A DNA stretch of 64,000 nucleotides from the human T2T-CHM13v2.0 reference genome, Homo sapiens, in the NCBI RefSeq assembly GCF_009914755.1, contig NC_060930.1; one strand, written 5' to 3'. The translations under genes and the position numbers were made by a program. Below the pieces are notes generated by a model, which saw only the letters and a program-made list of their open reading frames with translations, was not told where the DNA came from and did not search any database. Shown here piece by piece: positions 42,839 through 61,428 of this stretch. Every line of letters starts with the position of its first letter. Position 1 is the first letter of the stretch.

Positions 42839-43259
42839 CTAAAATTGTTTGAAGATTTTATTTGAGCAGATAGCAATGCATGAATTGGGTAGCACCAGAT
42901 TGCATGTGGTTCAAAGGTGCCACCAAAGTGGGATCAGGGAGGAAGACTTTTATGAGGTGAAGGCAGAAGCAAGGCAGATAAAACATTTCATTGGCTGAAG
43001 TGAACAAGCCTTATTTGGATCATTCTGATGGAAAGTTCCTAAGCTAAAGGCTAGTTGGTAGTTTCTGATTGTTTAAGCTTAAGTTTCATTTTACTATTTA
43101 TACTGAGCAGGATTTCAGTTTGTTTCTGTAGGAACCCAGGGTGCTGGAGCCACCTCAGTCTAATGGCCTCCAATTAATAGTTTTAACACCTCCTGTGTGA
43201 ATATTCACCAAAATGTCCACCCACAGGGAAGGCTCTTAGTAATGAGGTTGAAAAGATGC

Positions 43260-43470
43260 CAGACACTGGATTCTAATCCAGATTCTACATTTACCAGCTG
43301 TGTGGTCTTGGGCAAATGGATTTAGTAACTCTGTGCTTATGCATCTAAAATGCAGACAATATTAATACCTTCTCATAAGGTGTTAGTGAGGATTATATGA
43401 GGAAATAAATACAAAGCCCTTAGAACAGCATCCAATACATGGTTAGTGCTATAAGTATTTGCTATTATTA
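43260..43470. mobile_element. MIR
   Basis: Core motif ttaccagctgtgtggtcttgggcaaat...catctaaaatg. Confidence 0.75.
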
Positions 43471-43649
43471 ATAGTAATGTATGTCAGGTACTGTTTAGTG
43501 GAGCTTACACTCTCACTGTGAGGGGATGTTGGGAGACAGCCAACAAACAATCGTAGTGATTAAATTGTATAGTATGTAAGACTATACATACTTGCATATG
43601 TAAAGTATGTAAGGGGACTGGTAAAGGTAAAGGAGACTGGAGTGAGAAC

Positions 43650-44135
43650 TGCTCAGTTTCCCATCTACATTAACATTCTCTTATCACTGGGCTGTCTTCA
43701 CTAACATAGCTTTTCTATTCTGTCTTCATCAATATAATTTTACTACTCCAGGAAACTCTTGCCCAAGAGATACAATTGCATGTAACCTTATCATTTCTTC
43801 CAGGAACTTCCCAAAATACCCACTTAAATGAATGGTTTGATCAAAGACTGTTGACTCATCTCAAATGCTGGTTCATCTCAAACCTTCACCTTGCTCTGTC
43901 TACCAACTCTAAATTATATCATAATTTTATGCAATCCTAAGCAAGCCCCCACAATGAAAGATCTGCCTTAAACCTGACTCAGATACCTCATAAACATCCC
44001 AACTTCACCCCCTGTGGGCTCCGAGACTATCAAGGTAGTGCACACTCTTTCTGTCTTATTGTAGTATGAATGTAGTCAGCTTTGTCTTATCAATAGGTTG
44101 TTTCTGTGATAGTTTTTGAAAGCCAGCATTTGACA
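43650..44135 (+). mobile_element. Old LTR (LTR37-like)
   Basis: Ends cagctttgtcttatcaa..gccagcatttgaca. Confidence 0.45.
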
Positions 44136-44177
44136 GGGATACTTTGCAGTTTTAAATATAATCATCAAAGAAGGCCT

Positions 44178-44656
44178 TGACAGGGTTCAGGACATGCTAC
44201 CCCAAAGTTTGACACTTTGGCATTTGAGAAAATAACAGAAGCAGAAAGGTCCCTCTGCCCTCCTCCCACTGTTCTCCCCTGAAACAGGCCATAGAAGAAC
44301 TGTTTGATCTTCCTCTAAAGCAGGTCATAAGGCCCTCCATTCTAGAAAGGTCCTCCCTATACCCAGAGGAAATGAATGAAGACACAGAGAAAAATCTGAT
44401 CAAATAGGCCTTGCTAAGTTCCTCCCAGTTAATTACCATATCCCTTTGCTCTCCAATCATATTTCTGCATGACCCTCTACAAAAATACAGTTTTCCCTGT
44501 TTCCCTAAGTCTTTATTTCTGAAGTCTCCCATGCCATGTTAAACTTACATTAAGTATATTTGTATGCTTCCCCTGTTGGTCTGCTTTTGTTATAGGGGTC
44601 TTTGTGATGGGAGAACTTTGTGATGGGTGAGAAAATGTTACTTTTTCTCCCTTACA
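44178..44656 (+). mobile_element. ERV1 solo LTR (MER34-like)
   Basis: TG...CA termini; gggttcaggacatgctaccccaaa start; 4-bp TSD gcct. Confidence 0.8.
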
Positions 44657-45839
44657 GCCTCCTTAAGAATGTGGTATTTGGACAAAGACTCAAAGATAGT
44701 GAATTCACCCTAGGTATTTGTAGGGGAGGGTGTTCCAGGAAGAGAGAATAGCCAGAGCAAAGGCTCAAATGGGGCCAAGGCCTGTCTTGATTGTAGCAGA
44801 GTGAACAACGCAAGAGTCATGAGACATGAGGTCTGAGCTTCTGTGTGAGCCTGGATGTGTGTGTATGTGGAGAAGCTATTCATGTAGGGTCTTGCAGCCA
44901 AGAATATGTTTATATATGTTTCCCTAAAATTATGCCTGATAACAATTTTCTCTTTCAGGAGATTACTTAGATCCAAACCAACCTAGTTTTCATTTCTCTT
45001 GGCATTTTGTCCAGCTTCCTGCAAGCTGCAGCTCCTCAGAATTTCCCCACCACTACTACCTTATTTTCTTTGCACATTTAGCTCAGTCCTGTCTCCAAGA
45101 GCATCACAGCTCTGTCATTTGAAAAGCACTTAGTGAGTTTGGTGGAAAACTAGGAATTAATACTATCACAGAAGCTGAAAAGTAGTTTCAATACAAAGAA
45201 AATGGTTACAGTCAAGTCCCTTGTAGGGCTGTGTCAGGCAAGCATAGTGTCCTTTGGTTATAGAAGAACTAACAAGTTACTTTTCTATTTGACAGGAGCA
45301 TTTCATTAACTTTAAAGAAACGAGGGCCTGTGGAGCAAAAGATAGAAACCAGCAAGCCATATTGTCTAGAATTAAATGGTTAAAACAGAGAAAATAACCA
45401 CGAAATGAAAGAAGACTGGGCATCAATTGAAAAGACAGAAAGTCTAAAGGTTTTTTTAAATAGGTAACTTAAATGTATTTAAATATGGTTAAATATTACA
45501 TATTAAATATGGAACAGAACAACACTGATGACTGACAGTTTGGCTGGTTCTAATAAAAAGATCTTAGTCTAGTTTAATAATTAAAATCTTATTTTGACTG
45601 ATATGTTCATTACTGGTTCAGTGAAATTTTAAAAGGGTCACTTTCATCTCCAAATACGCTGACCTGGAACATATCTGATCTGGGTAATATAAGACTCATC
45701 CCAGAAAGTTCAATGGTAAGAAGGTTAAAAAAACATTCTAGCAATTAACTGTCAGAAAGTTTCACAAAGGCCTCTGGGCAGAAAATCTAATTATATCAGA
45801 TAAAAATGCAATGCTATCAAGAAGAAAAAAACAATGTTG

Positions 45840-46193
45840 ATGATATAGACTGAATATTTGTGTCCCACCAACGTTCATATGTTGAATTCTAATCCTCAAT
45901 GTGATGGTACTAGGAGGTGGGGTCTTTGGGAGGTTATGAAGTCATGAGCAGAGTCCTCATGAATGAGATCCTTGTTCTTATTAAAGATACCCAAGAGAGA
46001 TCCCTGCCCCTTCTGCCATGTGAGGACACAGCAAGAAGATGTTTATCTAGAAACCAGGAAGTGGGCCTCACCAGACACCGAATCTGCCAACGCCTTGATC
46101 TTAGACTTTCCATACTCCAGAAATAAATTTCTGTTGTTTAGAAGTCACTCAATCTATGGCACTCTGTTACAGCAGTCCACGCGGACTAAGACA
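45840..46193 (+). mobile_element. MaLR LTR (MLT1A-like)
   Basis: gactgaatatttgtgtccc...gccatgtgaggacacagc...ggactaagaca. Confidence 0.85.
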
Positions 46194-46939
46194 CTTGATA
46201 TATCATATATATCATATCATATGTATCATATAATCTTTGGAAATATAACTAAAGAAATTCCTCTTGTTTCAAAAGAACAGAAAGCAGACAGGTGGTTTAT
46301 AAATACTCTATAAAACACAAGAACACCATGAGGAAATGTGATACATCTTAGTAGGGGCCAAACATGGAGGTGGTCTCCTTGAGAAAATATCCCCTGCATG
46401 TTCCAGACAGACCGAATGGCCAACCCTGTGTCTCATGGGTGGCCCTCTGGAAGCACAGTCCACATTACACTGACATTACCTATTTATGTGCTTGTGTCCC
46501 TAGTCAGAGTGTAAAGTCAAGGTCAGAGCCTGTGTCTTACTCATTTCCCAGCATCTAGCCCAGTGCCTGACCCATGATAGGTATCCTGCAATGGGAGGGG
46601 AGCTGAAGTGAGTGATACTGACAGAGGTTAGTTAGGGGAGGTCTTGTACTTCTCTTGAATCTTTAACCTACCTTCTTATTGACCACAAATTAGAAGCATT
46701 TATGTAAAAAAGAAACTTCCAACAATTATATTCACGTTTTTCTTTCAGCTTGCTTATGGGCAAGTATTTCTAATGTAGAAACCTAAAAAATTTGAGGCAT
46801 TCTAATACCTGTTAAACATACAACTACAGACCAAATGATTTGCTATATTTTTTTTTGCAGTCTAGTTGAGGTGTCTATATAATGAGCAGAATGGGCTCCC
46901 GAACACTGGACAGTAAAATAATTAAGAGCTGGTCTATGG

Positions 46940-48191
<1,252 letters not shown>

Positions 48192-48797
48192 TAGCAAATG
48201 TTTTTAAAATATCACTCAGACTGCCATCTGAAAAGGGGCTGCTGGGATGGCAAGAATGAAAGCAGGAAGAGAGGACTCCAGGAGGGTGGGTTCCCTGAAG
48301 CCTAGAGAAGAAAGGGCTTCCAGAAGGATGGAGTGGTCAACTTGCCAAATCCCACAGAGAGGTAAGGTAAGGACAGAGAATGGACCATTGGCTTTGGCAA
48401 GATATAGGTAGGTCACTGATGACCTCAGTAGGAGCTGTTTAGTAGAGGGATGCCATGGAAAGCCTCGTAAGAGTGGACTGAGGATGTGAATAAATCAACT
48501 ACAGTCAACTCTTTTGAGATGGAGTCCAGTTTCATGCCTAGACTGAAATTCAAGATTCATAATGAAGAATTCACTTTTATCAAGCATTGACAGGAGTTAG
48601 ACACATCTCAAACCATATTTTAAAATACAGCCAGATTACAATGTTACCTGATTCTGAGACTGCCTGTAACTTGATTCATAATAGTGACAGACAGCACTTG
48701 GACTAGGACACTAGAGCTGCTGAGAAGGAAAATTGCACCCAGCTTCTTTGCTTCCTGCAAAGATGCACCAGGATCAGAGAAGAAAAGACCAAGTTCT

Positions 48798-48961
48798 ATA
48801 ATTACCTGGCAGGGGAGATACCATGAACACAAAGATGGTTTTCCCAGGGTGAGTCTCATCCATTGCCCTCCGGATGTGCTGACCCCTGCGATTTCCCCAA
48901 ATGTGGGAAAGTCGACTGCATAATTTGTGTTAATGGGGGACTGTGTCCACGCTTTCCGCCG
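48798..48961 (+). pseudogene. RNU1: Full-length U1 snRNA retropseudogene
   Basis: ataattacctggcaggggagataccatg...tgcataatttgtg...gctttccgccg matches the 164-nt U1 with scattered substitutions. Followed by an A-rich tail. TSD aagaccaagttct at 48785-48797 and 49006-49018. Confidence 0.95.
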
Positions 48962-49446
48962 GAAAAAAAAAAGAAGAAAAGAAAAAAAAAAAGAAAAGAC
49001 AAGACAAGACCAAGTTCTGAGAGTGCTTGAAGAAGCGGTACTAGGAGAAGACTGCACTGCCCTAAAACCTTTGACCAGAGATTCTGGGAAGGCTTGGACA
49101 GTGACAGGCATGCTGGACCCTGCAGCTGTTGACAAGGGAGAAATCTTAATTATATTGGGTGAAATTCTCCTATAGAGAAAAGAAGATAAAACTATATGTT
49201 TTTGACCAGAAATGCCCAAGAGAGCTCTGCTACCCTCAAGAATCTATTCTTCCTGAAAATGTGAAGATAATGGCTTAGATCTGGAAACCAAAGATAGTCT
49301 CAGATGTGGCTGTGAATTTTAGTGGGTGGGCAATGTGGGGTGGAGTGGGGATAGAGGGCTGTTGTGGAAAAGGCAGCCCAGCCTGCTCAGAGGTGTGTAT
49401 ATAGACCCACATTGCTGGCAAGCAACTCATCTCACTACCACACAAT

Positions 49447-50083
<637 letters not shown>

Positions 50084-50810
50084 CTTTCTGCAGCTGGAAA
50101 AAGAAGACCAATGAGCTGTAGAGGGAGAAATTCCACAAGGCATAAAAATATACCAGGCTTATATCATCCAGGGCTGCAGATGAGCCACAGTTGAGGAACC
50201 AGGCCATGGAACACAGTGAGGGAATTCATTCTGCTAAATTAAAGCATCCTTCCTCCAGGATTGTCACCATGAGGGCATGGCCTGGCCAGAGTTGAGACTG
50301 TCAAATGGCTCTCAAGATAGTTCTGAGGTCTAATATAGAAGAGGCTAATGAAAAAGGAAGTTGCTCATGAATGCTCACCCACTTACTTTAAAGAGGTAAG
50401 TCAACAAGAACACTAGGTGGGATGGAGTGGGGGATGGGATAATTGTTGCTGATTAAAAAAAATTTGCAAAATTGTTAAAATAAAGGCTGGAAAATAATCA
50501 CCTACAATGGATGTATGACTGCTTATTTAGGTATTCCTCTATTGTCAGACACATAGAATGCTTCCAAACCTTGTTGATGCAGCCATTAGCATGGTTATCA
50601 TGCTGCTACGGCACAGAGAAGCGGATGCCAGGCAGGACCACCTGGACATGCACTCCGATTGCAGAATGTGAAAATCTCCCGCAAATCGAGAAAGATCAGA
50701 AAGGGACATTGAAAAATGAAAATATTTTCGTTAGGATTGTGGGCTTATGTGTATTTTGAAAAGTTTAAGTTAAAGTTATTATCTATTTAAATGTTCAGTA
50801 AATTTTTTAG

Positions 50811-51173
<363 letters not shown>

Positions 51174-51653
51174 TAGGCACATGGCAGCGTTAACTCATAC
51201 TGGTTGCCTTTGTCCACATCTCCAATCCAAACACTGCGCTTTTCCTGAGCCCAGAGAATGGTGGGTCCTGGGACCCTCCTCCACAGGAGAAAGCAGGCAC
51301 AGTTACTTTTCTTACTTGAGTCTGCTGAGGACTGAAGATCAGCCACGGAGAAGCCCTGGGGTGAGAATCAGACCAAACTCTAGATGCTTGAGGTGGGAAG
51401 GCCTGTTGATCCCTGGGGGAGGAGCTGTGCTTGTCCACTCAATAATTCCTTAGAGGTTGCTCTCCCATGCCAAGGAGTGAGGGAGCTAAGCTCTTTCTAC
51501 CTGCAAGGCCTACAGCCAGTCAGCTGAGGAGACTGGGGAGAGAGAGGCTTCCTCCTTGTGTTCAGGTGGGCTCTGTCAGCTGGGCAGTGGTTGCACAGCT
51601 GAACCATGTGGGGAGATAGTAGTGTTCCTTCCACCACTCATGGTACTGCTGCC

Positions 51654-52314
51654 TGCTATGGTCTGAACGTTTGTATCCCTCCCTGACAAATTCATATGTT
51701 GAAACCTAATCCCCAGTGCAATTGTTTTAAGAAGTGGGACCTTGGGAGGTGATGGAGCCCTCATGAATGGAATTAGTGCCCTTATAAAAGACACCAAAGG
51801 GAGCTCATTCACCCCTTCTGCCATGTGAAGACACAGATAGAAAATGCCGTCTATTAAGCAGAGAGTGAGCCCTCACCAAACACTGAATCTGTTGACATCT
51901 TGATCTTGGAATTCCCAGCCTCTAGAACTGTAAGAAATAAACTGTTATAAGCCATCTAATTTAGGAGATTTTTTTTTTTTTTTTTTTGAGACAGAGTCTT
52001 GCTCTGTCGCCTAGGCTGGAGTGCAATGGTACAATCGCTACAATCACCTCTCACTGCAGCCCCGACCTCCTAGGCTCAAGTGATCCTCCCACCTCAGCTT
52101 CCTGACTAGCTGGGTCTATAGGCATGCTTCACCATGTTTGGCTAATTTTTGTATTTTTTGTAGAGATGGAGTTTTTGCCATGTTGTCCAGGCTGGTCTCC
52201 AGCTCCTGGGCTCAAGCCATCATCTCGCCTTGGCCTCCCAAAGTGCTGGGATTACAGGTGTGAGTCACCATGTCCTGCCAGGATTTTTGTTACAGTAGCC
52301 CAAATGGACTAAGA
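51654..52314 (+). mobile_element. MaLR LTR (MLT1A-like) with an AluJ at 51968-52277 (-)
   Basis: tgctatggtctgaa start; ggactaagat end. Confidence 0.85.
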
Positions 52315-52517
52315 TGCTACCACTGTAAGTTCTCCCCAGGCCTGAGTGAGCCACTGAGGGAAAATAGCAAAGAATACCTAAGGGACCCAATAGCCAGAGA
52401 AACGGCAAACAAGCAGAAAGTCGGCAGTCCCCACGAAAGTGGAACTGTTGGAGAAAACAAATGACAACCTGAACCAAAAAATGATAAGAGCATTTACAAG
52501 AACTCTAGCAGCCCCCA

Positions 52518-52936
52518 TGTGGGGACAAGACTGACTTTATTTTAACTGCTAATCTGCCTGACTAAGCCTGAGTCCAGGAATGCCTCCAAAATATGTAGTT
52601 GATGTATTACTCCTTATGTAGGAACACCTATTCATTGTACATTTCTTCCAAAACAACCTTCATTGCAGAAATCATATGCTGTGACCCCCAAAGTCACCTA
52701 CATGTTCTTTCCAGGGTACTTATGCTTTTTTCCCATGATATAAGCCCTGGGTCTGAGGCCCTGTGGGGCAGAGCTCTACCTGTTTCTTGGCTGCCCAAGA
52801 CCACACTTCTCTCTGTAAGTTCCCTTCATAAATCACCCAATGCTGAGAAACTGAATTTGTCTGCCTCATCCTTTGGTTTCTTGGCTCCTTCAACATTGGG
52901 GTTCACTTCACATATATGGCCCCTTTCATGGAATAC
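52518..52936 (+). mobile_element. ERV1 solo LTR (MER83/84-like)
   Basis: TATA-like gatataagccctgggtctg; end catatatggcccctttcatggaata. Confidence 0.6.
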
Positions 52937-53314
52937 CCCCGATCCCCACACAAAAATTTCTGGGAACAAAAATCTTGATTTGTGAGCTAGAAGCATTAGT
53001 AAATAAACTAAAAGGGAGGATGATCATTGTTGAGATCTGAAATGGTGGCCTGGAAGTCTAAAAGTGGTAGAAATATATCACAACCCAGAACAAAAATATA
53101 AAAAAATAAAAATCATGAAGAAAATGATAAAGGACTCAGATCTAAGAAACTTCCCATGCAAATAATAGGAGTTGCAGAAAAATCAAAAAGAAATATCAAG
53201 AAGGGGAAAGAAGACACACTGAGCTCCAGGCAGATTGATCAAAAATAATTTCTGAACTGGAAAAATAAAGAGGAAATCTTATATATTTCTAGGCAGAAAG
53301 AAAAAGAAGCAAAT

Positions 53315-53976
<662 letters not shown>

Positions 53977-54342
53977 TCATGTAACATCCTCAGACTACTG
54001 AGAGAAAGTGACTGCAACTCAAGGATTTAACATTCAACCAAAATATTATTCACCTGCCAGGGTAAAAGAAAGATATTTGCCGACAAACAAGAATTCATAG
54101 ACTCTCTCACTTGCATATGCCACTAAGAGCTCTTGCCAAACAACAAGGTTACTGGAACAGAGATTTAATATGTGGCAGAAGACTTATTTCACATTGACAT
54201 GTGGTTAAAAGGATAATGATAGAGTACCTAGGAAAGTATAATTTAAACATTAAATAAAATGTCTTGAAAAACAAAAGATGCAATTCATTAGAGGGAAAAC
54301 CTGCTAATGGCCAGGAACACAAAGGACTAAACTATCTCTTCA

Positions 54343-54709
<367 letters not shown>

Positions 54710-55432
54710 CTAATATTTGCACTAAGTGGGGAACTAAGAGGATTCTGAGGGTCTTTAGGGGAAGAGAATAAACAGTGGGAGAATTAAGCATTTTCCATAA
54801 GAGAAAAAGGGTGCTCTCTTGCTCTCTTGTTTCCATATAACATTATACTAAAGAAATATATAACTATAGGGAAAATAAAAGGTAATCAATGGTGGAATAA
54901 AAAATTACAATAAAATCTTCAAGTTAGTGAAGGGAGAAAAGAGAATGAAGAGCAACTTGTCAAAACCATAAAAGCAAAGACAAAGAAAAGAGAAAAATTA
55001 AATAAATAGTAAATATGATGACAAAAAGAATAAAACTAAAAGGTCAATTTTACTAAAAATGAGGTAAATTAATTTTTCTATTAACAAATTCTAAAATATT
55101 ATAACAGAAAACAACCCCCATCTCTATATTATTTATGAGAAAGACATTTAAAATGGGGTAAAAAAGTTTTAAAACCAAAGTGATACACTGAAGTAATACA
55201 AATAAAACAACAGAAAGATGGACATTATGTTAGTGTATGACTTACAACATATAAAGGTATTACTACATCATAAACCTGTATGTACCAAACAACATGGAGC
55301 TAAATTTAAGGAAAGGAAAGGTGATAAAATATAATGATTTTTAAAATTGTTATTGGGAGATTTTATTTTATGGAAGACTTTCATATACATCTTTCAGAAT
55401 CAGAGAAACTTAATAGTCTAAAAGTAATTAAA

Positions 55433-55728
<296 letters not shown>

Positions 55729-55811
55729 TAAGTAAAGACACTGGGAAATTGAATGATATAGTCAAAAATTTCAAGTTAGTAGATATGGTCTTTGTATCTT
55801 TTAAGTAAGGA

Positions 55812-56225
55812 TATGTGTGTGTGTGTGTGTGTATTATATATATTTTATATATATGATATATATCATATATCATATATATTTTATATATATGATATATATC
55901 ATATATCATATATATTTTATATATATGATATATATCATATATCATATATATTTTATATATATGATATATATCATATATATAAAATATATATGATATATGA
56001 TATATATGATATATATCATATATCATATATATTTTATATATATGATATATATCATATATCATATATATTTTATATATGATATATATCATATATCATATAT
56101 ATTTTATATATATGATATATATCATATATCATATATATCATATATCATATATATTATATATATTATATATACCATATATCTTTTATATAATATATGTATC
56201 ATATATTATATATTATATATGTATA
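55812..56225. repeat. (TG)n followed by an AT-rich minisatellite (about 36-bp unit) with one inverted unit
   Basis: Unit tatatattttatatatatgatatatatcatatatca; aaaa in place of tttt at 55981. Confidence 0.95.
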
Positions 56226-56444
56226 TTTCTTCCCATATGTCCATGGATTATTTATAAAAATTGGTAATTGGTCTTAAAGAAAAACTTCTAACAAAATTTT
56301 AAAATTTTCACAAAGTTTGCAGGCCTTAAAGAAAATCTCACGCCAAATGTTTAAAAAGCTTAGAGTATAACACAATAAAATTAGAAATAAGTGTAAAAAA
56401 GATACACAAAAAGACTCAATTACCTATAAATTAACACATTTCTA

Positions 56445-57183
<739 letters not shown>

Positions 57184-57706
57184 TGGAATTCTATTAATAT
57201 TATTAATATTATTAATTCTCATTAATTTCCAACGAAGAAAGACTATAATAAAAACAAACCTGATAGTAATCTTAATAAATTAGAAAAATTCATAAGATAT
57301 TCTTTTAAAAAGTATGAAGGGGGAATAATAAAAATAAAAGCTGAAAATAATGACATGTAAGTAGAAAAAATAATAAAAAGAAAATTTTAAAGTTGATTCT
57401 TTGAAAAAATAGTAAGAGAGATAAACTTTTCCCAAGCCAGATTAATTTTTTTAAAAAGGAGAGAAGGAAACAAAAATACAGAATTAAGATGAAAAAGGAG
57501 ATAATCACAGACTCTTCACTGATGAATGAAATTATAAGCAACTGTAACATTTAATATCATAGAAACTAATGAGAAAACCTAAAGGAAATCACCAGTTAGA
57601 AAAATATGTTTCAAATTTGTCCCAAGGAAACATAAAATAACTCGAATAAACTATCAGAGAAGAGACTCACAAGGTATTCAGAGATCTATCATGTAATAAA
57701 CTTTTA

Positions 57707-57992
57707 GGCCAAGCACAGTGGCTCATACCTGTAATCCCAGCACTTTGGGAAGCTGAGGCCAGAAGACTGCGTGAGCCCAGGAATTTGAGACCAGCCTGGG
57801 CAACATAGCCAGACCCCATCTCTACCAAAAAATTAGCTGGTTGTGGTAATGTGCGCCTGTAGCCCCAGCTAGTCAGGAGGCTGAGGTGGGAGGATTGCTT
57901 GAGCCCAGGAGGTCAAGGCTACAGTAAGCCATGGTCATGCCACTGCACTCCAACTTTGGGTGAGAGAGAGATACCCTGTCTCAAAAAATAAA
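57707..57992 (+). mobile_element. AluJ
   Basis: Alu consensus. Confidence 0.9.
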
Positions 57993-58654
57993 AGGCACTT
58001 GGGAAATGCAGCTGGCAGATATAATAAAAAAAAAAAAATCAAAGTAAACCAGAACATGCTTGGGGAATTCTCCTTGGCACTCTTGGAGCTAGGGTACAGG
58101 TACCAACCCTGTGATATTCATCCCACTTGGGTAAGATATAATTCACAAAAGCAGGGGCCCAAGGGGGATTTCCTAATAGGACAATATAAGGGCAGTACTT
58201 TGATAAATTTCAAGGATAGCAGTAGGAAAAAAAAAGTCAAGGTTTTAGACATAGGCAGAAATTTCAAGGCAGCATTTTTCTGGAGAAGCACTTTTAAGAC
58301 AGGCAGTGCCAGCTTCTAAAACATACAATCTGTGCACTCACACAGGGACCTGCATTTTCATTTTGTACTCAGCTCTGCATGAGATTGATCCTGAGTATAG
58401 GTTAGCACTCATCTTCAAGGCGGGTGTTTTGCTGCCACATACAGATCAATTTTGACACACTTTAAATGTCCTCAGGTGAATTAAAGAAGCTAATACAAAT
58501 ATGTTGGTGGTCATATTCAAGAATGAGGCTACCTAGTGTGGATGGGTAGACAGGTTTAATGTTTCTAGGCATTGTCATTCTTAGGTATCCTTAGAATAGA
58601 TGCCCTTAATTTCACAATTAAAAATTTAAAAATAGTTTAAAAATATAGTTACTT

Positions 58655-59357
58655 CTGAATATTATTTAACCTTAAAAAGAAAGGAAATCTTGTGACATGC
58701 TATAACATGCATGAACCTTGAAGACATTATGCTAAGTCAAATAAGCCAGTCACACACAAAGTACTGTATTATTCCACTTACATGGCATATTGAAAGTGAG
58801 CAAATTTATAAACAGAAAATAGAATGGTGGTTGCCAGGTACTGGGGAGAGGGGATAATAGGAAGTTATTGTTCAATGTTACAGACCTTCAGTTTTGTGAG
58901 ATGAAATAGTTCTGAAGATTGGTTGCACGGCATTGTAAACATACTTAACACTACCGAACTGCACATTTAAAAACAGTTAAGAGGCCAGGTGTGGTGGCTT
59001 ATGCCTGTAATCCCAACACCCTGGGAGGCTGAGGCGGGTGGATTGCTTGAGGCTAGGAGTTTGAGACCAGCTTGGGCAACATGGCAAAACGTCTCTACAA
59101 AAAACAAAAAAATTAGCTGGCTTGTGGTGGTGCGTGCCTGTAGTTCCAGCTACTCATGAGGCTGAGGTAGGAGGATCACTTGAGCCCAGGAGGCCAAGGT
59201 GGCAGTGAGCTGAGATGGTGCCACTGACTGCACTTCAGCCTGGGAGACAGAATGAGACACTGTCTCAAAAACAAACAAACAAACAAACAAAACACACACC
59301 CACAAAATGGTTAAGATGGTAAATTCATGTTATGTGTATTATACCACAATTAAAAAA
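58655..59357 (+). mobile_element. L1MB-like 3' end with an AluJ at 58983-59290
   Basis: gaaccttgaagacattatgctaag...gaatggtggttgccagg...ggttaagatggtaaatt. Confidence 0.85.
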
Positions 59358-59450
59358 TGGAGAGATAGAAACTTCTGAACAGTATAGTGGGGTGCTTAGG
59401 CAGAACATATGAGGTGCTTTCCTCCATAGTAGACGAGACAGAAAGTATGA

Positions 59451-59792
<342 letters not shown>

Positions 59793-60124
59793 TCAAGAAC
59801 GATTTCAAAGGTTTGGTTTACTATCCCATCTTTTCACCTCCAAAGAACTATACAATGTGAACTATGTTATTCTGACTCCCCCTAAGTGAGAATGGGACTG
59901 GACTTCCCCCAGTCCTCTGATTATCCTAGTCCCAAACATTTTTTTCCAGAGCCTACAATGCCCGAGGCACTGGCCTAGGCACTGGGGACACAGTGTCAAA
60001 TCTCAATAGATTCACCTCATTCCCTGACCTCATTGGAGATAAGGTTCTTGTGAGGAAGACAGCTTATCACACAACTAACTCGTGATAAATGTTGTGAAGC
60101 AGACATTAAAGAGGCAACGAGAGA

Positions 60125-60240
60125 AGTGATCTTCAGCTGAAGTAGAGGTGATATTGAGCTTTAGTGATCTTCAGCTGAAGTGGAGGTGATATTGAGCTTT
60201 AGTGATCTTCAGCTGAAGTGGAGGTGATATTGAGCTTTAG
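60125..60240. repeat. Tandem repeat, 3 x 38 bp
   Basis: agtgatcttcagctgaagt(a/g)gaggtgatattgagcttt at 60125, 60163 and 60201. Confidence 0.97.
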
Positions 60241-61086
60241 CATGTGAACAAGGTTCCCAACATTGTGTCATGGCAGTGGTTTTCAAGTTGTACTTTCTAG
60301 AAGCATTTTTGGACCTCTAAGGAAGAGTGGGGAAAGGGGAAAAGGACTGACAGCTCAAAGTAGGGTAGGGTTGAGAGGCAATAGATTTATTTACCCAAGC
60401 ATTGGAGACTTACTTTCTCTGAGTATCATAGCTGCAGCAGGAGGTGGGATGAATTTGCAACATCTGAAAGCAAAAAGATTTGAGAGTTGCTCATAAGGGA
60501 ATAAATAAATACAATCTGATATTCCCTGGTTTCGTGTCACCAGCTTATCTATAAACTTACAAACGTCTTATGATTCCTGGAACCTCTCCTGGTCTCTGGC
60601 ACCCACAGCTTCAACTCCAATTTCCCGGGGTTGCTGGGTGCTTACCCCCAAAAGCCCAGCTGCATCAGGACACTCTGTCGTATCGAAATGGAAGAATGTC
60701 CTGGTAGAGCTGAAGCTCTGCTTCTACTGTCTCATGCCGCAACAGCTACAAGTCCTGCTCCCTCCAGAAAGCCATGCTTGCTAGTTAGGTCTTCTTTCTC
60801 CACCTCTCTCAGGAAGGGGGTTTAAAACAAGAGGAGATGCTAGACAGTCTCTTTGTTAATAACAACCACTGCTATTTATTGCATGCTTACTGTGTCCCAG
60901 TATTTTATTTTTAATATCACAACAATCCCATGAGGAAAGAAATATTAGCTCTGGATCCTAGATGTGAAACCCGAGGTTCAGAAAAGTTATGAATCTTGCC
61001 CAAATTTATACTGCTCATAAGTGACAGTGCCAGGTGTGAGCCCTTTGTGTGTGCTCCAAACCATTCAGTGAAAAAAGCAAGAAGTC

Positions 61087-61428
<342 letters not shown>

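Noticed and set aside
48644-49219. 191-aa minus-strand ORF
   Set aside because: Antisense reading through the U1 pseudogene and its A tail; chance ORF.
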